Origin: Camelus dromedarius
Taxonomy: Eukaryota
Direction of reading: 5' to 3'
NCBI RefSeq assembly: GCF_036321535.1
Contig: NC_087447.1
Span: 40,488,001 to 40,552,000, forward strand
DNA length: 64,000 nt
The position numbers were made by a program, and so were the translations under genes. A model generated the notes under the pieces. It was given only the letters and a program-made list of their open reading frames with translations, did not search any database and was not told the origin of the DNA. The stretch's first letter is position 1, and every line of letters starts with the position of its first letter. Shown one piece after another: positions 1-12,590 of this stretch.

Positions 1-99
1 TGTAGCTCGGCGGTCCTGGGTTCAATCCCCAGTACCTCCTCTAAATAAATAAATAAGTAAAAACCTAGTTATCTCCCCTCCAAAAACAATACAAACAAA
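1..99 (+). mobile_element. tRNA-derived SINE fragment (camelid type, Vic-1-like)
   Basis: B-box GGTTCAATCCC followed by agtacctcc, (AAAT)n and a TTATCTCCCC/A-rich tail. Confidence 0.75.
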
Positions 100-109
100 A
101 ACCTTGTGG

Positions 110-737
110 CATATGAATTAAAGTAAACTTCTTCAAAGGCAATATGGCATTATATATATACCAAAATTATACACAAAATGTATACACCCCAGCAATTCTA
201 TTTCTAAGATTATCTTTCAGCACAAATGAAAAAAGGTATATACAGAATGATGTTCATTACAGTATTGTTTATAATAACTCAAAACTAGAAATATTATGAA
301 AATTTGCCAATAGGATTATGTAAATTATGGTGTACTCAAACCACACGTAGTATGTAATACTACATAGTTGTTAAAATAGAGATGAAAATCTTAAAACTGA
401 TATGGACTAAATGCAGCATGGTGTGCTGGCTTGGATTCTGAATAGAAAAAGACATTAGCAAAAAAACTAGGGAAATCTGAGTAAAGTCCAGAGTTTAGTT
501 AATATTAATGTACCATATTAATTTCTTATTTTTGCCAAATATTATATAATATTCTCATATTACATACTTCATGTTTAATATTATATATTTCACATAAGCT
601 CATATTATAACTTCCTATAAATCCAAAGTTATTCCAAAATGAAAAGTTTTTTTTTAAAGTGGTATAGAAAGAAAATCAAGATATAATAAATGAAAAAAAA
701 GCAAGTTGCAATATGTCATGTACAGCATTTGTGTACT
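110..737 (+). mobile_element. Old L1M 3' fragments
   Basis: Degraded L1 3' motifs: cccagcaattcta, gatgttcattacagtattgtttataat, aaaagcaagttgca. Confidence 0.65.
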
Positions 738-753
738 AAAAGATGGGGGTCAT

Positions 754-1534
754 CCATAAACGATAAATGCTTGAGAGGCTATGGAGAAAAGGGAACCCTC
801 CTACACTGCTGATGGGAATGTAGTTTGGTGCAGCCATTAGGGAAAACAGTACGGAGATTCCTCAAAAGACTAAAAATAGACTTACCATATGATCCAGCAA
901 TCCTATTCCTGGGCATATATCCAGAAGGAACCTTAATTCAAAATGATACATGCACCCCAGTGTTCATAGCAGCACTATTTACAATAACCAAGACATGGAA
1001 ACAACCTAAATGTCCATCGAAGATGACTGGTTAGAGAAGATGTGGTATATTTGTACAATGGAATACTACTCAGCCATAAAAAGAATAAAATAATGCCATT
1101 TGCAGCAACATGGATGGACCTGGAGGAGGTTATTATAAGTGAAATAAGCCAGAAAGAAAAGGAAAAACACCATATGATATCACTTATATGTGGAATCTAA
1201 AAAAAAAAAAAAGACAAACAAATTTATTTGCAAAACAGAAACAGACTCACAGACATAGAAACCAAATTTACGGTTACCAGTCATGGAAGGGGGTGGGAAG
1301 GGGTAAATTGGGAGTTCAATATTTGCAGATACTAAATACTATATATAAAATAGATAAACAAGTTTATACTGTATAGCACAGGGAACTATATTCAATATCT
1401 TGCAGTAAGTTACAGTGAAAAAGAATATAAAAATGAATATATGTATGTTCCTATATGACCGAAGCATTGTGCTGTACACCAGAAATTGACACAACATTGT
1501 AAACTGACTGTACTTCAATAAAAATATTATTTTA
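754..1534 (+). mobile_element. Young 5'-truncated LINE-1 (ORF2 C-terminus + 3'UTR)
   Basis: ORF2 peptide [43 protein letters not shown] at 1517; 16-bp TSD aaaagatgggggtcat (738-753) / aaaagatggagttcat (1535-1550). Confidence 0.95.
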
Positions 1535-1811
1535 AAAAGATGGAGTTCATATATATAGAGAGAGGCTGTCAATAGCAATGTCAAGGTTAGCTGGGATCTT
1601 CCATTTTTCATTTTCACATTAAATCATGCTATGTTCTTTTAATTTTTTTATGGGGTGAGAGGCATGTGTGTCATAATTTTAAAACAACTGATTAAAAAAT
1701 AAGGTATGGAAATTGACTAACATGGTGACTGAAACATTGTAGATGCGCAATACTTGGAAACTTTTATGGTCTTTTATTGTCTGCTTTGGTTCTTAAGTTC
1801 TTTATTATAAC

Positions 1812-2050
1812 TCTAATAACAATAGCAAATGGTTATTAAGTATTTACCGTGGTTTCCAGGCTTTATGTTAAATATTTTACACATAGTGTCTCATTACTCC
1901 CCACAACATTCTGAGTTGATACAATTATTATTTTGCAACAGGGAAACAATAGAGGAGTAAAGTAACTTGCCAAGGTCACAAGGCTAATAAATGGTAGAGC
2001 TAGGATTCCAACCCAAGAAGTCTAACTCTAAATTAGTCTTTCATCATAGG
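1812..2050. mobile_element. MIR SINE
   Basis: MIR core: aagtaacttgccaaggtcaca..ctaataaatggtagagctaggatt. Confidence 0.75.
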
Positions 2051-2164
2051 TAAAACCTTGTTTGCTTCTATAGATAGTATAGAAAACATTTTAATATATA
2101 GAAATATTTCTATATAATACTTTTCAAAGTTGTTGGTTAAATAATAAGTATAGTTTATCTTCAG

Positions 2165-2420
2165 TGGACGAAAGCAATGACTAATCACTTTTAATTTTTA
2201 ACTAAGATGGTGATTCAAAGTCTCTGGGACTTTCTTTTAAAATTTCAGCAAATGATGTTTGCTGCTTGACCTTACACATTTTAAATGTAACAACTGGTCT
2301 TTCAGTTATTTGATGATTTTCACTAGACTAACGGATCTCACTTTTTAAAGATTTAGTTATTTAATCCTTATTGTTGCTCTTTCCTGGAAGATTATCAATC
2401 CCTTTCTACAAATCCTAAAA
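2165..2420 (+). pseudogene. aGPCR relic exon A (GAIN subdomain)
   Basis: Acceptor cttcag|2165 (alternative tttcag|2306); donor GTAAAC at 2421. H*TNGSHF (2321-2344) ~ ADGRV1 QQINGHKF; LFPGRL (2377-2394) ~ RIPERL. Confidence 0.6.
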
Positions 2421-2497
2421 GTAAACCTTTTCTTTAAAAAGATAAATAGCAGTTGTTATTCCTTTCCTCCTTTCCCTCCTCTTCCCTCTTTTTACAG

Positions 2498-2601
2498 AGC
2501 AGGCAGTTTTTCATTGAAACTTGTCTATCAAGACCTTTCACAGACCAGTACAAATGAGTAAAGGAATATTTTCTCATTGGTTTCCCTGAGTCCGCTAGTA
2601 G
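2498..2601 (+). pseudogene. aGPCR relic exon B (GAIN)
   Basis: Long polypyrimidine tract ending tttacag|2498; donor AG|GTAAAA at 2602. TCLSRPFTDQYK*VKEYFLIG (2519-2581) ~ ADGRV1 TCKLVQFTEYSSQQWFISG. Confidence 0.7.
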
Positions 2602-2730
2602 GTAAAATTGAAATTGACACTTGGATGCTAGTTGTTCATAGAGTTTTCTACATGCACAGATAATTATGCCATTTTTTTAACTTAAAAAAATTCAGAAACT
2701 TCAACTATTATGTCATTTACTTATCTACAG

Positions 2731-2900
2731 GCAGAGTGTAAAATTTTAACCCCAATCATCATCACAGTTCTTGTCAATAATCAACATTTATTGGGTTCCT
2801 GAAGCATAAATGGCACTGCTGTTTCTGACAAATCATAAATTCTTAACCAGACTCAATGTCTTATTTGATTTAACTACAAAAACTTCAAAATTTATCGTGT
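2731..2900 (+). pseudogene. aGPCR relic exon C (GAIN end and start of GPS motif)
   Basis: Acceptor ctacag|2731; donor GTGAGT at 2901. ILNQTQCLI*FN (2839-2874) ~ IIPQTSLCLLWNQ, with TGA at the position of the GPS Trp (consistent with TGG>TGA). Confidence 0.7.
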
Positions 2901-3279
2901 GTGAGTACTACAATCATACACGCTCTTTGGAAGATAAAGTATAATAAATAAACCTTAGAAAGTAGATCATAAAGTAGATTTTAAAAATGTAATGAAAAGA
3001 ACAGAAAATAAGCAAGGATCATTTATCATAATAAATTAATCGCCACTAAATATCCCTAAAGTATTTGATACTGTGATAGATGCTTAAGAGAGCATATAGT
3101 CAGTGTGGTGACTGATTTCCTGCATAATTGAATAAAGAAGATTAAAAATGATGGAGCATGTAAGAGTTTTATGTCTGAAAATGTACTCTGAAATTCAATT
3201 CAACAGATATTTATTGAGAGTCTTCTGACAAGGCATCTTGCCAGGAGCTGTGCCAGAGAAATGAACAAGAGTGTTCTCT

Positions 3280-3412
3280 GAGTTTGGGGAGCTCGCTCTG
3301 GGGCTCACCATTTGGTGAGAAGTGCTTGGGGCCAGACTTCAGCCTCCATGCACCCTTAGTCGGGCATCTGTGTGTGCATTGAACAACTTGCACAATTTCA
3401 TGTGGCAACCCC
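3280..3412 (-). mobile_element. MER91-like hAT DNA transposon fragment
   Basis: Reverse complement gggttgccacatg..tgtgcaagttgttcaatgcaca..gggtgc..ggctgaagtctggccc resembles MER91. Confidence 0.55.
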
Positions 3413-6400
3413 ATCCATAATTAAAACAAATATGTTTAAAAGATATAATAGATATATGTGTAGAGTCCTGAGTGTGTAGGGAAATAGCTTCTGTCAGGTC
3501 AATAGCTTCAGATTGGTAGGATGCATGACAGTGACAAAAAAGCCCCTTTATCTGTGGTTGGCTCAGACTGCGTCGCATGTCTAATGCAACAGGCAAATAT
3601 GGAACTGAGTGCTGAGAACCCAACAGAGACCCCAGGGAGAAGAGATCCCTGGAAGGCAAAAGCAACAGGGAGCTGAACAGGGTCACAAACATCACAGAAG
3701 ATCCTAAGTGCCATGCTAAGAAGTTAGGCACTTTGAGGTTGCAGGTAGAGACACAGAAATAAATTTTGTTCTTTAACTTTTCCTTATGAAATATTTGATG
3801 GTAGTTTGGGAAATTCCAACATTGTTTAAGTCTAGAGGTAATAGTGGAAATTTTTATCTTAAAACTATTTTGTGTATGCAGTCTCATTACCTAGAAAGTA
3901 ACCACAGTAAACAATTTGGAGTGTGAGCTTCTGGACCCTCACGGCAAGTTGTTTAGCTGTTTGTCCATCTCAAGGGCAGTGGTCTCCAATTTTTTTTGAC
4001 CAGGTGCTTATTTAATAAAGCACTAATATGTGTTGATACTTGTTTATTTATTTATTTACTTACATCCTAATATTATTGGCTAATATTCCCAAGACCTAAA
4101 TAATTTAAGGCAAATTTGATCACTAAGGATAGTGAATGCAAATCTGTATTTCAAATACCTTTGACGATCACACTGGTCAGACTTTTAGCTTCCTAAGATG
4201 TCTGTCTGAGGTGTCCTATGAAGAAGAGGAAGAGCAGCATTTGTTCGGGCCATCTTCTTGTTTCCTGGTGCTTCCGAGTATTACATTAAAGTTAAGAGCA
4301 CAGACTAGAGGCAGACTGCCTGGGGTGACTTGAGGCTCTGCCACTGACTAGCAATTTACTTAAACTCTCCATGACCTGGTATTTTGTTTTTCAAATTTAA
4401 AATAGGAGTAAAAAGAGTCCATTCCTCCCAGGGTTTTGGTGAGGGTTAAATGAAATAATGAAGCATTTACGGCAGTGCCTGGTGTGCAGTAAATGCCATT
4501 AGCAGGCATTGTATTCCAGCTGCCGTTTTTTAAGGAATCTTTTGAAGCCACTTTTCTATTTTGTGAGGGCAAGTTAGTTAAAAACCAGATAACATAATCT
4601 GTAAATGTACCTCACTGAACCCTCAGTGACCCCCTCTTTGCTGTGGAAACTCCTCTTACCCTTCCCTTCTAGTGACCTGGGCACAGCACATGCCCAGAGC
4701 CATCAGACACGCGCGGCAAGTGGAAGTGCTGTTGTCACCTACACGTGACATGTCAGTAAATCTTAATTTTTCTCATTTCTTAGATAAAAAGTAAATGTGT
4801 GTGTGTGCGCGCGCATTCTAATATTTTCTTCTTACACCTCAGGGGGTTTTCTGGGGGTTTTCTAGTGTATTCCCTGGGATGTGCAGCGCCTGCCGTAGAG
4901 AGCTGACAGCTGTGGCAGCAGGACCTGAGCAAGGCTGAGCCTTGGATGGCGTGAAAGGCCAGGCAGAGCGGAGGGAACCTGGCCAGAGCCTCAGAGTCAG
5001 ATTTGAGCAGGTGGTGCAATTCTGCTCTGAAGGCCTTTCCTGAGCAAGTCTGCAAGGCCGTGGAGTTTCAGCCCCGGAGTTTTGGCCCCAGGGTACTCCC
5101 ACCGCTCAGAGCCCGTTGAGGGCCTGCTGGGGCCTAGCACTGCGTTGCCGCCTGAAGGTAAGCGGTCACTTCTGCAAGTTTACAGTCTGATTGAGATGAC
5201 CAACACCAATGCAGAATTTCAATAGGAAAGATTTAGGTCTCTTCATGTGTGAATCCATGTATAAGTTATGTATAAATCGCATAGCACAAAATGCTATAAC
5301 TTACAGAAGAAGAAACTACTCAGCCCCACTGGTGTCTTCAGAGAAAAGGCTTCCGGGAAGAAGGAACTTTCCTTTATTAATGTTAAGAAACAAAAACAAA
5401 CAAACAAAACTTCTTTGAACAGTTTATTAAAGATGCTGTCGCGAATGACCCAGGATTTGGATAAAGCCACTACAGACACTAGAATCTAAATTCCACGAGG
5501 ATGTTTGTTTTTGTTCACTGCTGTGTGCCTGATGCTACGATAATACTGGCACGTAGTGGGTTCTCATTTGTCAAATGAATTAATGAATGATTAAAGAAAC
5601 GTGAAATGTTAGGTAGGAGGCCTCATGCTCTCTCTTTGAATCATAGAATGAGTACTATGGGGATACCAGACATATACTTGTCCAAATCCCACAGCTGAAA
5701 AACCAAGGCCCGGAGAGGCCAAGTAATTTACCCAAGGCATTCCAGGACCAGGTCTAGAACTGGAGTTAGAACTCCTATTTCCTAACCCCTAGCCCAGTAA
5801 TTTCTTCATGATCCAATGGCACGTCCCCAGAAAGTACCAGATGGCCACAACTCATCTTTCACTATTCAGACCTTCTCAAGAGCCAGGAAATTCTAATTCC
5901 AGAAGGCTGAAGGAAATGAAGACAGCTAGAGATTTTTCTCTCCAGCTGCTCTGTCTGTGTCTGGCTTCCCAGGAAACTAATGGTTTCAATTGTTGTAAGT
6001 CCCTCTTCTCACAGGAATGAAAAAGAAAGAGTAAATTTAAATTATGTAATAGAAGCTACTTCTCTGACTATATCCATTATTTCCCAGGCAAACCATCTGG
6101 GTTGACTAGTCCATTCTGTGTAGCCTAGAGTTCTATAAGAATATGGCCTGAACATCTCATAGCTCCTAATTTTCTTAAGGGCACGTTTTGAATACACATA
6201 TATTTATAGATAGAAAATGAATATGCATTCATATCATAGATGAAGATATATGAAATGAATGTGTAATCTATAAATGATTACATTTTATATAAAATAAAAT
6301 TTATGTGTATAAAATCTGACCTTGCCAGAGAACCCTTTAGTCTCTGCATAAATGTTACCATCTTAAAGTAAACTCTGCCACCCTTTCTAAATAAGGATGC

Positions 6401-6479
6401 CCCTGAAACTTATTAAGATCTTTCCCTTTTTAAACTTGAAACTTACACTTAGATATCTATTACTTTGAGTTTTTAGGCC

Positions 6480-7225
6480 TTAGTTGTCAGTTCTACATCC
6501 TAAATATAACTCAAAACTGCCCAGTTTTCTCCATCTCCACCGCCACAAGCTAGGCCAACCCACTAACATCTCTGTTAGAACGAGTGAAGTAGTTTCTTGA
6601 TTCTACTGCCTCCTTGAAATACCTTTCCCACCTAGCTGTTAGAATAATCTTTTGAAAAAAGAATCATGTCTCTTTTTTTGCTTGCAATCTTCAATTTTTC
6701 CTGCAGCCCAGAAGACAGAGACAGGAGTCTTTAGCATGGCCAGCAGGCCCCTCATGATCTGGTCTCTGCTTGCTCACCAACTTCCTCTTGGGCATTCTGT
6801 TCATAGATCTTTGCATTTCAACCACAATCTCTCAGTTCCTGAAAGGAGTTAGCTTTTCCCTTCCCCAGGACCTTTGCATATGCTATTTCAACTTCCTGGA
6901 ATGCTCTCTACTACTGTGTTTTCCCCCACCCCATATGCTTCTCTTGCCCAGTTATTTTCTGCTTACTCCTCGGAGTTTAGCTCCATCAGGATACCCTCAA
7001 GGAAGACTTTCTGCCTCTTTGGATGAAGTCAGGTGCCATGTCATGTTCTTTCATATATTCTCCCATTTTCTTCTCTTTTGGCACTTAATATGATTGTAAT
7101 TAAGTAATCATATTATTAGCTGTTTTGTGTTTATTGATCCCAATACATATAAGTTCTGTAAGAGCTATTTTACACTTTGCTGTCACAATACTGGCAGGAG
7201 TAAATGCCTGTTGAATGGATAAATC
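6480..7225 (+). mobile_element. LINE-2 3' region
   Basis: L2 motifs: ttctccatctccaccgccac, cccaggacctttgcatatgct..cctggaatgctct, terminal gttgaatggataaat. Confidence 0.7.
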
Positions 7226-9319
7226 AGAGTAATTTTTAAAATCAAAAATGCATATTATAAAAGGGCAAATTCAGTAACAAAAGTGAGTTCATATTTTTTA
7301 AGTGAACATACTACAAATAGATACTGAAAAACAGAACTAGACACTGCCCTCAATTAAAACACATGCATACAGACACATACACTCATACACATATACTGCT
7401 CTCAAAAAAAAAGAAAAGAGGATGAAGAGAAAACATTTGCAGCTCCAATGAGAGAAATCTTTCTAGGAAGGAAGCAGAAAATATCTTAGATCAGATGAGT
7501 GAGTAGTTGAGGGCCTGGTCACCAACCAGTTGAGGGAGACACAGCCTCATCTTAGCCTGGTACACTGGGGCTCCCCTCCTCTGGAGGGTCCTCCATGCTG
7601 CCTCTGGCGGAAGAAGAGAGACTGTGAGCTTGGCTGACACTGAAGGGGCAGAAAGGCAGATAAGCCTCTCTGGGACATTCCAGGTTGCTGGGATCAGGGA
7701 AGCCCAAGGTTCTCTCCAGATGGGTGGAGAAGCTGAGCCTCCATCAAAGGCCTTGGATTCTGCCCCAGGGCAGCACTGTGCTGTGGAGGAGGTAGGCAAG
7801 GGCATTAGGCAAAAGCAACGTGTAGGGTCTCTGGTGGCTGTCAGTGGCCAGGGGTTGAGCAAGGGGAGATTATGAACACCCCTCCTTCAGCTATCACTGT
7901 ATGTAAGCTATCACTATACATTCATTGATTGTCTACGGGATATTAGGGGTTTTACAGTAGAAAAGTATACAGATAATTATTTTTTAGGTATTTACATTTA
8001 AGGAAAATACCAATTGTCTATCTTTTTATGGTACTTGATGTCATTTTTTTAAACCTATGATAGAAGTGGGGTCATCTGGCTTGGTAGATTTGTAACTTAA
8101 CTTCTGTTTAACATTGAATACTCATCCTGGTTGTGCTAAGATCTGCACAACTACGCAAAAGAAAAGATTGATTACAGTGAAGATTCTTGACCAGAGACAA
8201 ATATTCATAGGAATATAGTACAGGGCTTGAGAATTTACTGTTTGCAGATTAAAAGTTAAAAGACATGCACAGCAGCTGATTCACAACATAGCATCCAGTG
8301 TTCCCCTCTGTGGACCATCTTATGCATTTCTGCCAGTGGGCAGTGGAGCTGGTGGGAGGTGAGAGCCCTCTTTAGTGGCTCAATGCAAGAAAGGAGAGGA
8401 GGGAAAGAGGACAAGTTCTTGGGGAAACCACAAGACGCCCTCTGGGGACTTGCAAAATGATTGGGGAGAACCTGGGTAGGGCTGTACTTTGGAGAGAATG
8501 GTTACAGGAAATGGGGGATGGCTCGATCAAGAAATATATTGCTCTGAATCGTGTATGTTTTTGTTTGTTTTGTTTATTTTTATTTTTCATATTTTACTTT
8601 AAACTGACGTGACCCGAAAAAGACAAGCTAGCTAAATTTATACTCCCCATTGAGTCTGGATAGGCACGTAGGTGCTCTATGCATGTTTGTTGACTTGAAA
8701 TGCTTAGAACAGTAGAAACAGTTTCTGTCTAGAATGTTGAAGAACACATTTTATGTACTATATCCTATTAATTGGACTACATATTGCACACGGTGCTACC
8801 TGCTCCGCACTTAATCCTCATAGTTAACCACAGGTGAAAGTTTTTGAGTTCACTGTTTTACAGGTAGGATACTGAGGCTTAGAGAGATTGTTGTTTGTCT
8901 AAGTCACATCCAGTAAATGGCTGAGCCAAGAGTCAAAGCGAGACATGCTCGATTCCACAGCCTCTGTTCCACTTTCCCATGCTGCTCTGCCTTTCTGCAT
9001 TCCTGAGTAATCAGAACTAAGATAACTTTCCTGAGTGATAGTAATCAGATTTCCTGCAGAATTTTTACTTATACGTCTGTCTTCTCTGCTATTGTGTGAA
9101 CTCCCAGGGTGGAGAGAGCTGTCTAATTCATTGTTTTGTCCCCACTTCTTAGCACAATGACTGGTACATAGTAATAGCATTCATTGAGTATTGGGTGTTA
9201 AATGTGCTTTATGTATATTAACATAATCCTTACAACTTTATAAGTGGGACACTATTATTATCTTCATTCTGTACATTAAGACATGAAGCCACAAAGGCTT
9301 AAGTAATTTGCCCAAGATA

Positions 9320-10084
9320 TCGTAGAGGCTTTTAGTGCTTGTCTTCCTTGTTCTCTTATGTTTCTAAGCATGTGGGAGAGTCATTTTCCTACCCTCTTGC
9401 AGTTAGATGGCTTTGTGACTAGTAAGGGTTAACAAGTTGAGAAGAAAACTGCTGCCTATGGGTCACTTCTCTGCTAAAGTATTTAATTTCTGATATGAGA
9501 CCCTCCAGTGCTCAAAAAGCTGAAGTGCATAGACAGCTAACAAGATGCTAGAATCTCCTTCACTCTGTATCTCTGAGTGATTATGTGGGTACAGCTCCTT
9601 CTGGCTCACAATGGGCATGTAGTATGAGAATAAACCCTGATGATTTAAGTCACTGAGATTTTAGTTTTATTCCGTTACCATTTGCTGTAGACTGATACTG
9701 GTAGCCCTCCTACCCCAATTTATATATTGAAACCTAATCCCCAGTGTGATGGTATTTGGAGGTGGGGGCCTTTAGAAGGTGATTAGGTCACGAGGGCAGA
9801 GCCCTCATGATAGGATTAGTGCCCTTATAAAAGAGACCCTTGTGAGCTCTGTCATCCCTTCTGACATGTGAGGCTGCAACAAGACAATTGCTATCTATGA
9901 ACCAGTTAGTGGGCTCCCACCAGACACTGAATCTGCCAGTGCCTTGATCTTGACTTCCTAGTCTCCAGAACTGTGAGAGGCAAATATTTGTTGTTTATAA
10001 GCTACCCAGTCTATGGTATTTTTGTTATAGCAGCTAAAATGGACTCAAACATCAAAGCAAACCTAACTTATCTTGACTAATACA
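9320..10084 (+). mobile_element. Older MLT1 (ERVL-MaLR) LTR, interrupting a MIR
   Basis: aataaac..ttaagtcactgagatt..; ends ctaacttatcttgactaataca; MIR halves on both sides. Confidence 0.65.
9683..10051 (+). mobile_element. MLT1A-type solo LTR nested in the older MLT1
   Basis: TG..CA ends; cctaatccccagtgtgatggtatttggaggtggg..ccagacactgaatctgcc..cccagtctatggtatt. Confidence 0.85.
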
Positions 10085-10477
10085 TGGGATCAGAACTCTA
10101 GCAGGTGATGGGATGGGGATTTAAGCCCAGGCAGCCTGGCTCTGAAGCCCATGTCATAAATCACTACCCTATAAATGATTAGTAAATGTTAATTGATGAA
10201 ATGGCCTTTGTTATTCATTCACGCTTAGTGATCGGGATCCAGCTTTGGTGTGGGCTGGATGGTTTCCTTTTTCTAAGAATACCATCTCATTTTCATCTTG
10301 AAATGCTGGACAGTCTTGATATTTATAGTGAGATTAATATATCCAGTCACCAGAACATTCATCTTGACCTTGTCTTTTTAAAGTATTTAGCTAAATTAGA
10401 GCTTTGAGATCTCATTAAAATGGAAATATTTGGTTGTTTCCAATTAGTCATTTTTGACTGTGTATTTAAAATAACAG

Positions 10478-10550
10478 CACTACTGTCAATTGAATGAAAC
10501 ATCAGTCACAAGTGGAATCTTCATAACTAACAAAAGTAACAGTCAGTTTG
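10478..10550 (+). pseudogene. aGPCR relic exon D (GPS second half)
   Basis: aacag|10478, donor G|GTAATA at 10551. HYCQLNETS...NSQF ~ QFCKVVEETA...MSVY. The W-x12-[FY]C spacing across exons C/D equals that recalled for ADGRV1. Confidence 0.5.
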
Positions 10551-11192
10551 GTAATAAAAGACAGTTTCACAGAAGATACCCAGAGGCACTTTCAAATTTA
10601 TTTTTTAAATTGTAAATAATAAAAAAGAACATCTAGCAACATTTCAGAAAATAAAATGTAGGGCAAAAGTGACTCATGTTTCAAATACCTATCACTCTTC
10701 TCATTTTTACATTATCCTTATAGTTTTTCCTGTCATTGTAATCAGAGTATGTCTTTTTAATTTCTTTTTTACTTTGTATTATATCATAAGTATTTTTCAA
10801 AATTTCCTAAAACAAGAGTTCTTAGTTTTGTAGTCAAAGCACATAATTTAATTCATCAGTCTCTGATTTTTGAACATCTTTGTAGATGCCCTGCTTTTCT
10901 TTCTTAACTTGTTAAAAACAGACTGACATGAACATATTTACCATATAGTTTGCTAAAGAAAACCCATGACTACTGCATGGCATTGAGGAAGAGTCTAATT
11001 TATTTACCGATCAATTATTATTATTTTGCAGTTTATGGGATGGTAAAAATACCTAATTAGTTCCTGCTGCCTTCTACACTGACAAGTCATGAAAGGAGGT
11101 ATAGTCCTAGGATCAGACCCAGCTTTCCTGACACCTGATTGCACTCTGTGTTCTCGCGTCTTAAGGGTGATAGCGTGGGGCCTATCAAAGTG

Positions 11193-11558
11193 CATATCAG
11201 TCAGCTTGGGCTGCCATAACGAACTACCTTAGACTGGGTGGTTCAAACAACAGAAATTTATTTTTTCATAGTTCTGAAGGCTGGAAGTATGAGATCAGGG
11301 TGCCAGCCTGACCGATTCTGGGGAGAGCTCTCTTCCTGGCATGCAGACAGCTGCTGTCTTGCTGTGTCCTACGTGGTGGAGAGAGAGGGAAATCTCTCTT
11401 TTCCTTTTCTTACAAGGCCACAGTCCTTTGGGATTCCCTACCCTTATAACATCATTTAACCTTAGTTACCTTTTTAGGACTCTACCCAGATACAGTTACA
11501 CTGAGGGATTAAGGCTTCAGCATATTAACTTAGGGGGGACACAATTCAGTTCATAGCA
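11193..11558 (-). mobile_element. MLT1A-type solo LTR
   Basis: gggctgccataac..agactgggtgg..aaacaacagaaatttatt..ggggacacaattcagttcatagca; 5-bp TSD AAGTG at 11188-11192 / 11559-11563. Confidence 0.85.
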
Positions 11559-11970
11559 AAGTGTCATTAATGAGACAGTCTAATGGTCTTAATGGTCAAG
11601 GAGAAACAGGTTTCTGAAATTTAACAGTTTGTTTTACTTCAGAAACTCACATTTTCTCCTTTCTGATGACAGTTACTGAGGTTATCAAGTTTCCCTCTGG
11701 GCCTTAGTACCAGGGAGTCCAGATCCCTGGCCCCATCCCAGTAACTAAAGTGGCCCCTATTTTTGGAATAGTTGCAGTCTGCCCTTTCTTTTCCTTGATT
11801 ATTTCCCCCATCACTGTATTTGTCTCGTTTTGTTAGCCAGTTCATATTTCTTTTCCAGGAAGATATAAAGTAGAAATTAAAGAAATAGACAGTGATTCCA
11901 GTCACTAGCTTTTGACTTCCTTTTTCACATACCATCAGTTTATAGTGGTACTATTTGTATTTTTTCACAG

Positions 11971-12049
11971 GAACATATTGTACTTAATAACAGGGAAACA
12001 GTGACTGAACAATGTTTCCTTCCTACAGGAGCTTAATATGTTCCCCATA
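11971..12049 (+). pseudogene. aGPCR relic exon E (Stachel region into TM1)
   Basis: Strong acceptor tttttcacag|11971. GTYC..NNRETVTEQCFLPTG/LICS ~ AVYARTDNLSSYNEAFFTSGFICIS. Donor degraded, so the end is approximate. Confidence 0.5.
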
Positions 12050-12590
12050 TAATACATATTACACAGTGTCTGAGGATTTTATCTTTTCTAACATTAAAAT
12101 AACCTTAGGACCGATTACTTTATCAAAGTTAAGACATTCATATACTTTTGAGTAAGAAACCAAAATGAATGTAATCAATTAGCCAAAAGAGAGTGTTGAA
12201 CTAAGTTAAGTTGTAAGGTCCTGAAAATACCAGATAGTAATGAAAATATCTCCTTATCCATGACTGCAGTGGTTAAAATTTAATGTAACATTAACGGTGA
12301 AGTATGGCTCTTCTAGCGGTCTCTGCTCCTGCTTTGTGAAAGCTAAGGTAGGATTTATGCTACCAACAGGAATCTGTATGCATGGAAATATGCAGCTTAG
12401 TTTTTAAATATCCCCAGCACATAAAAAGGCTGTTTGCTCTGTTTTATGTTTTCATGTATTTATTAGTTCATAATAATAACCATGACCTCCAGAGGCTGGA
12501 CATTTTCTGGGAGCTAATGATCTGTCAGGGTTAGAGGCCTGAAGCTTCATGCTGAGACCATTAATCAGCCTGCCAGCCTTTAACTTTCAG

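Noticed and set aside
3339..3887. 182-aa minus-strand ORF
   Set aside because: Runs across repeat fragments (MER91-like, L1/L2-like); no domain.
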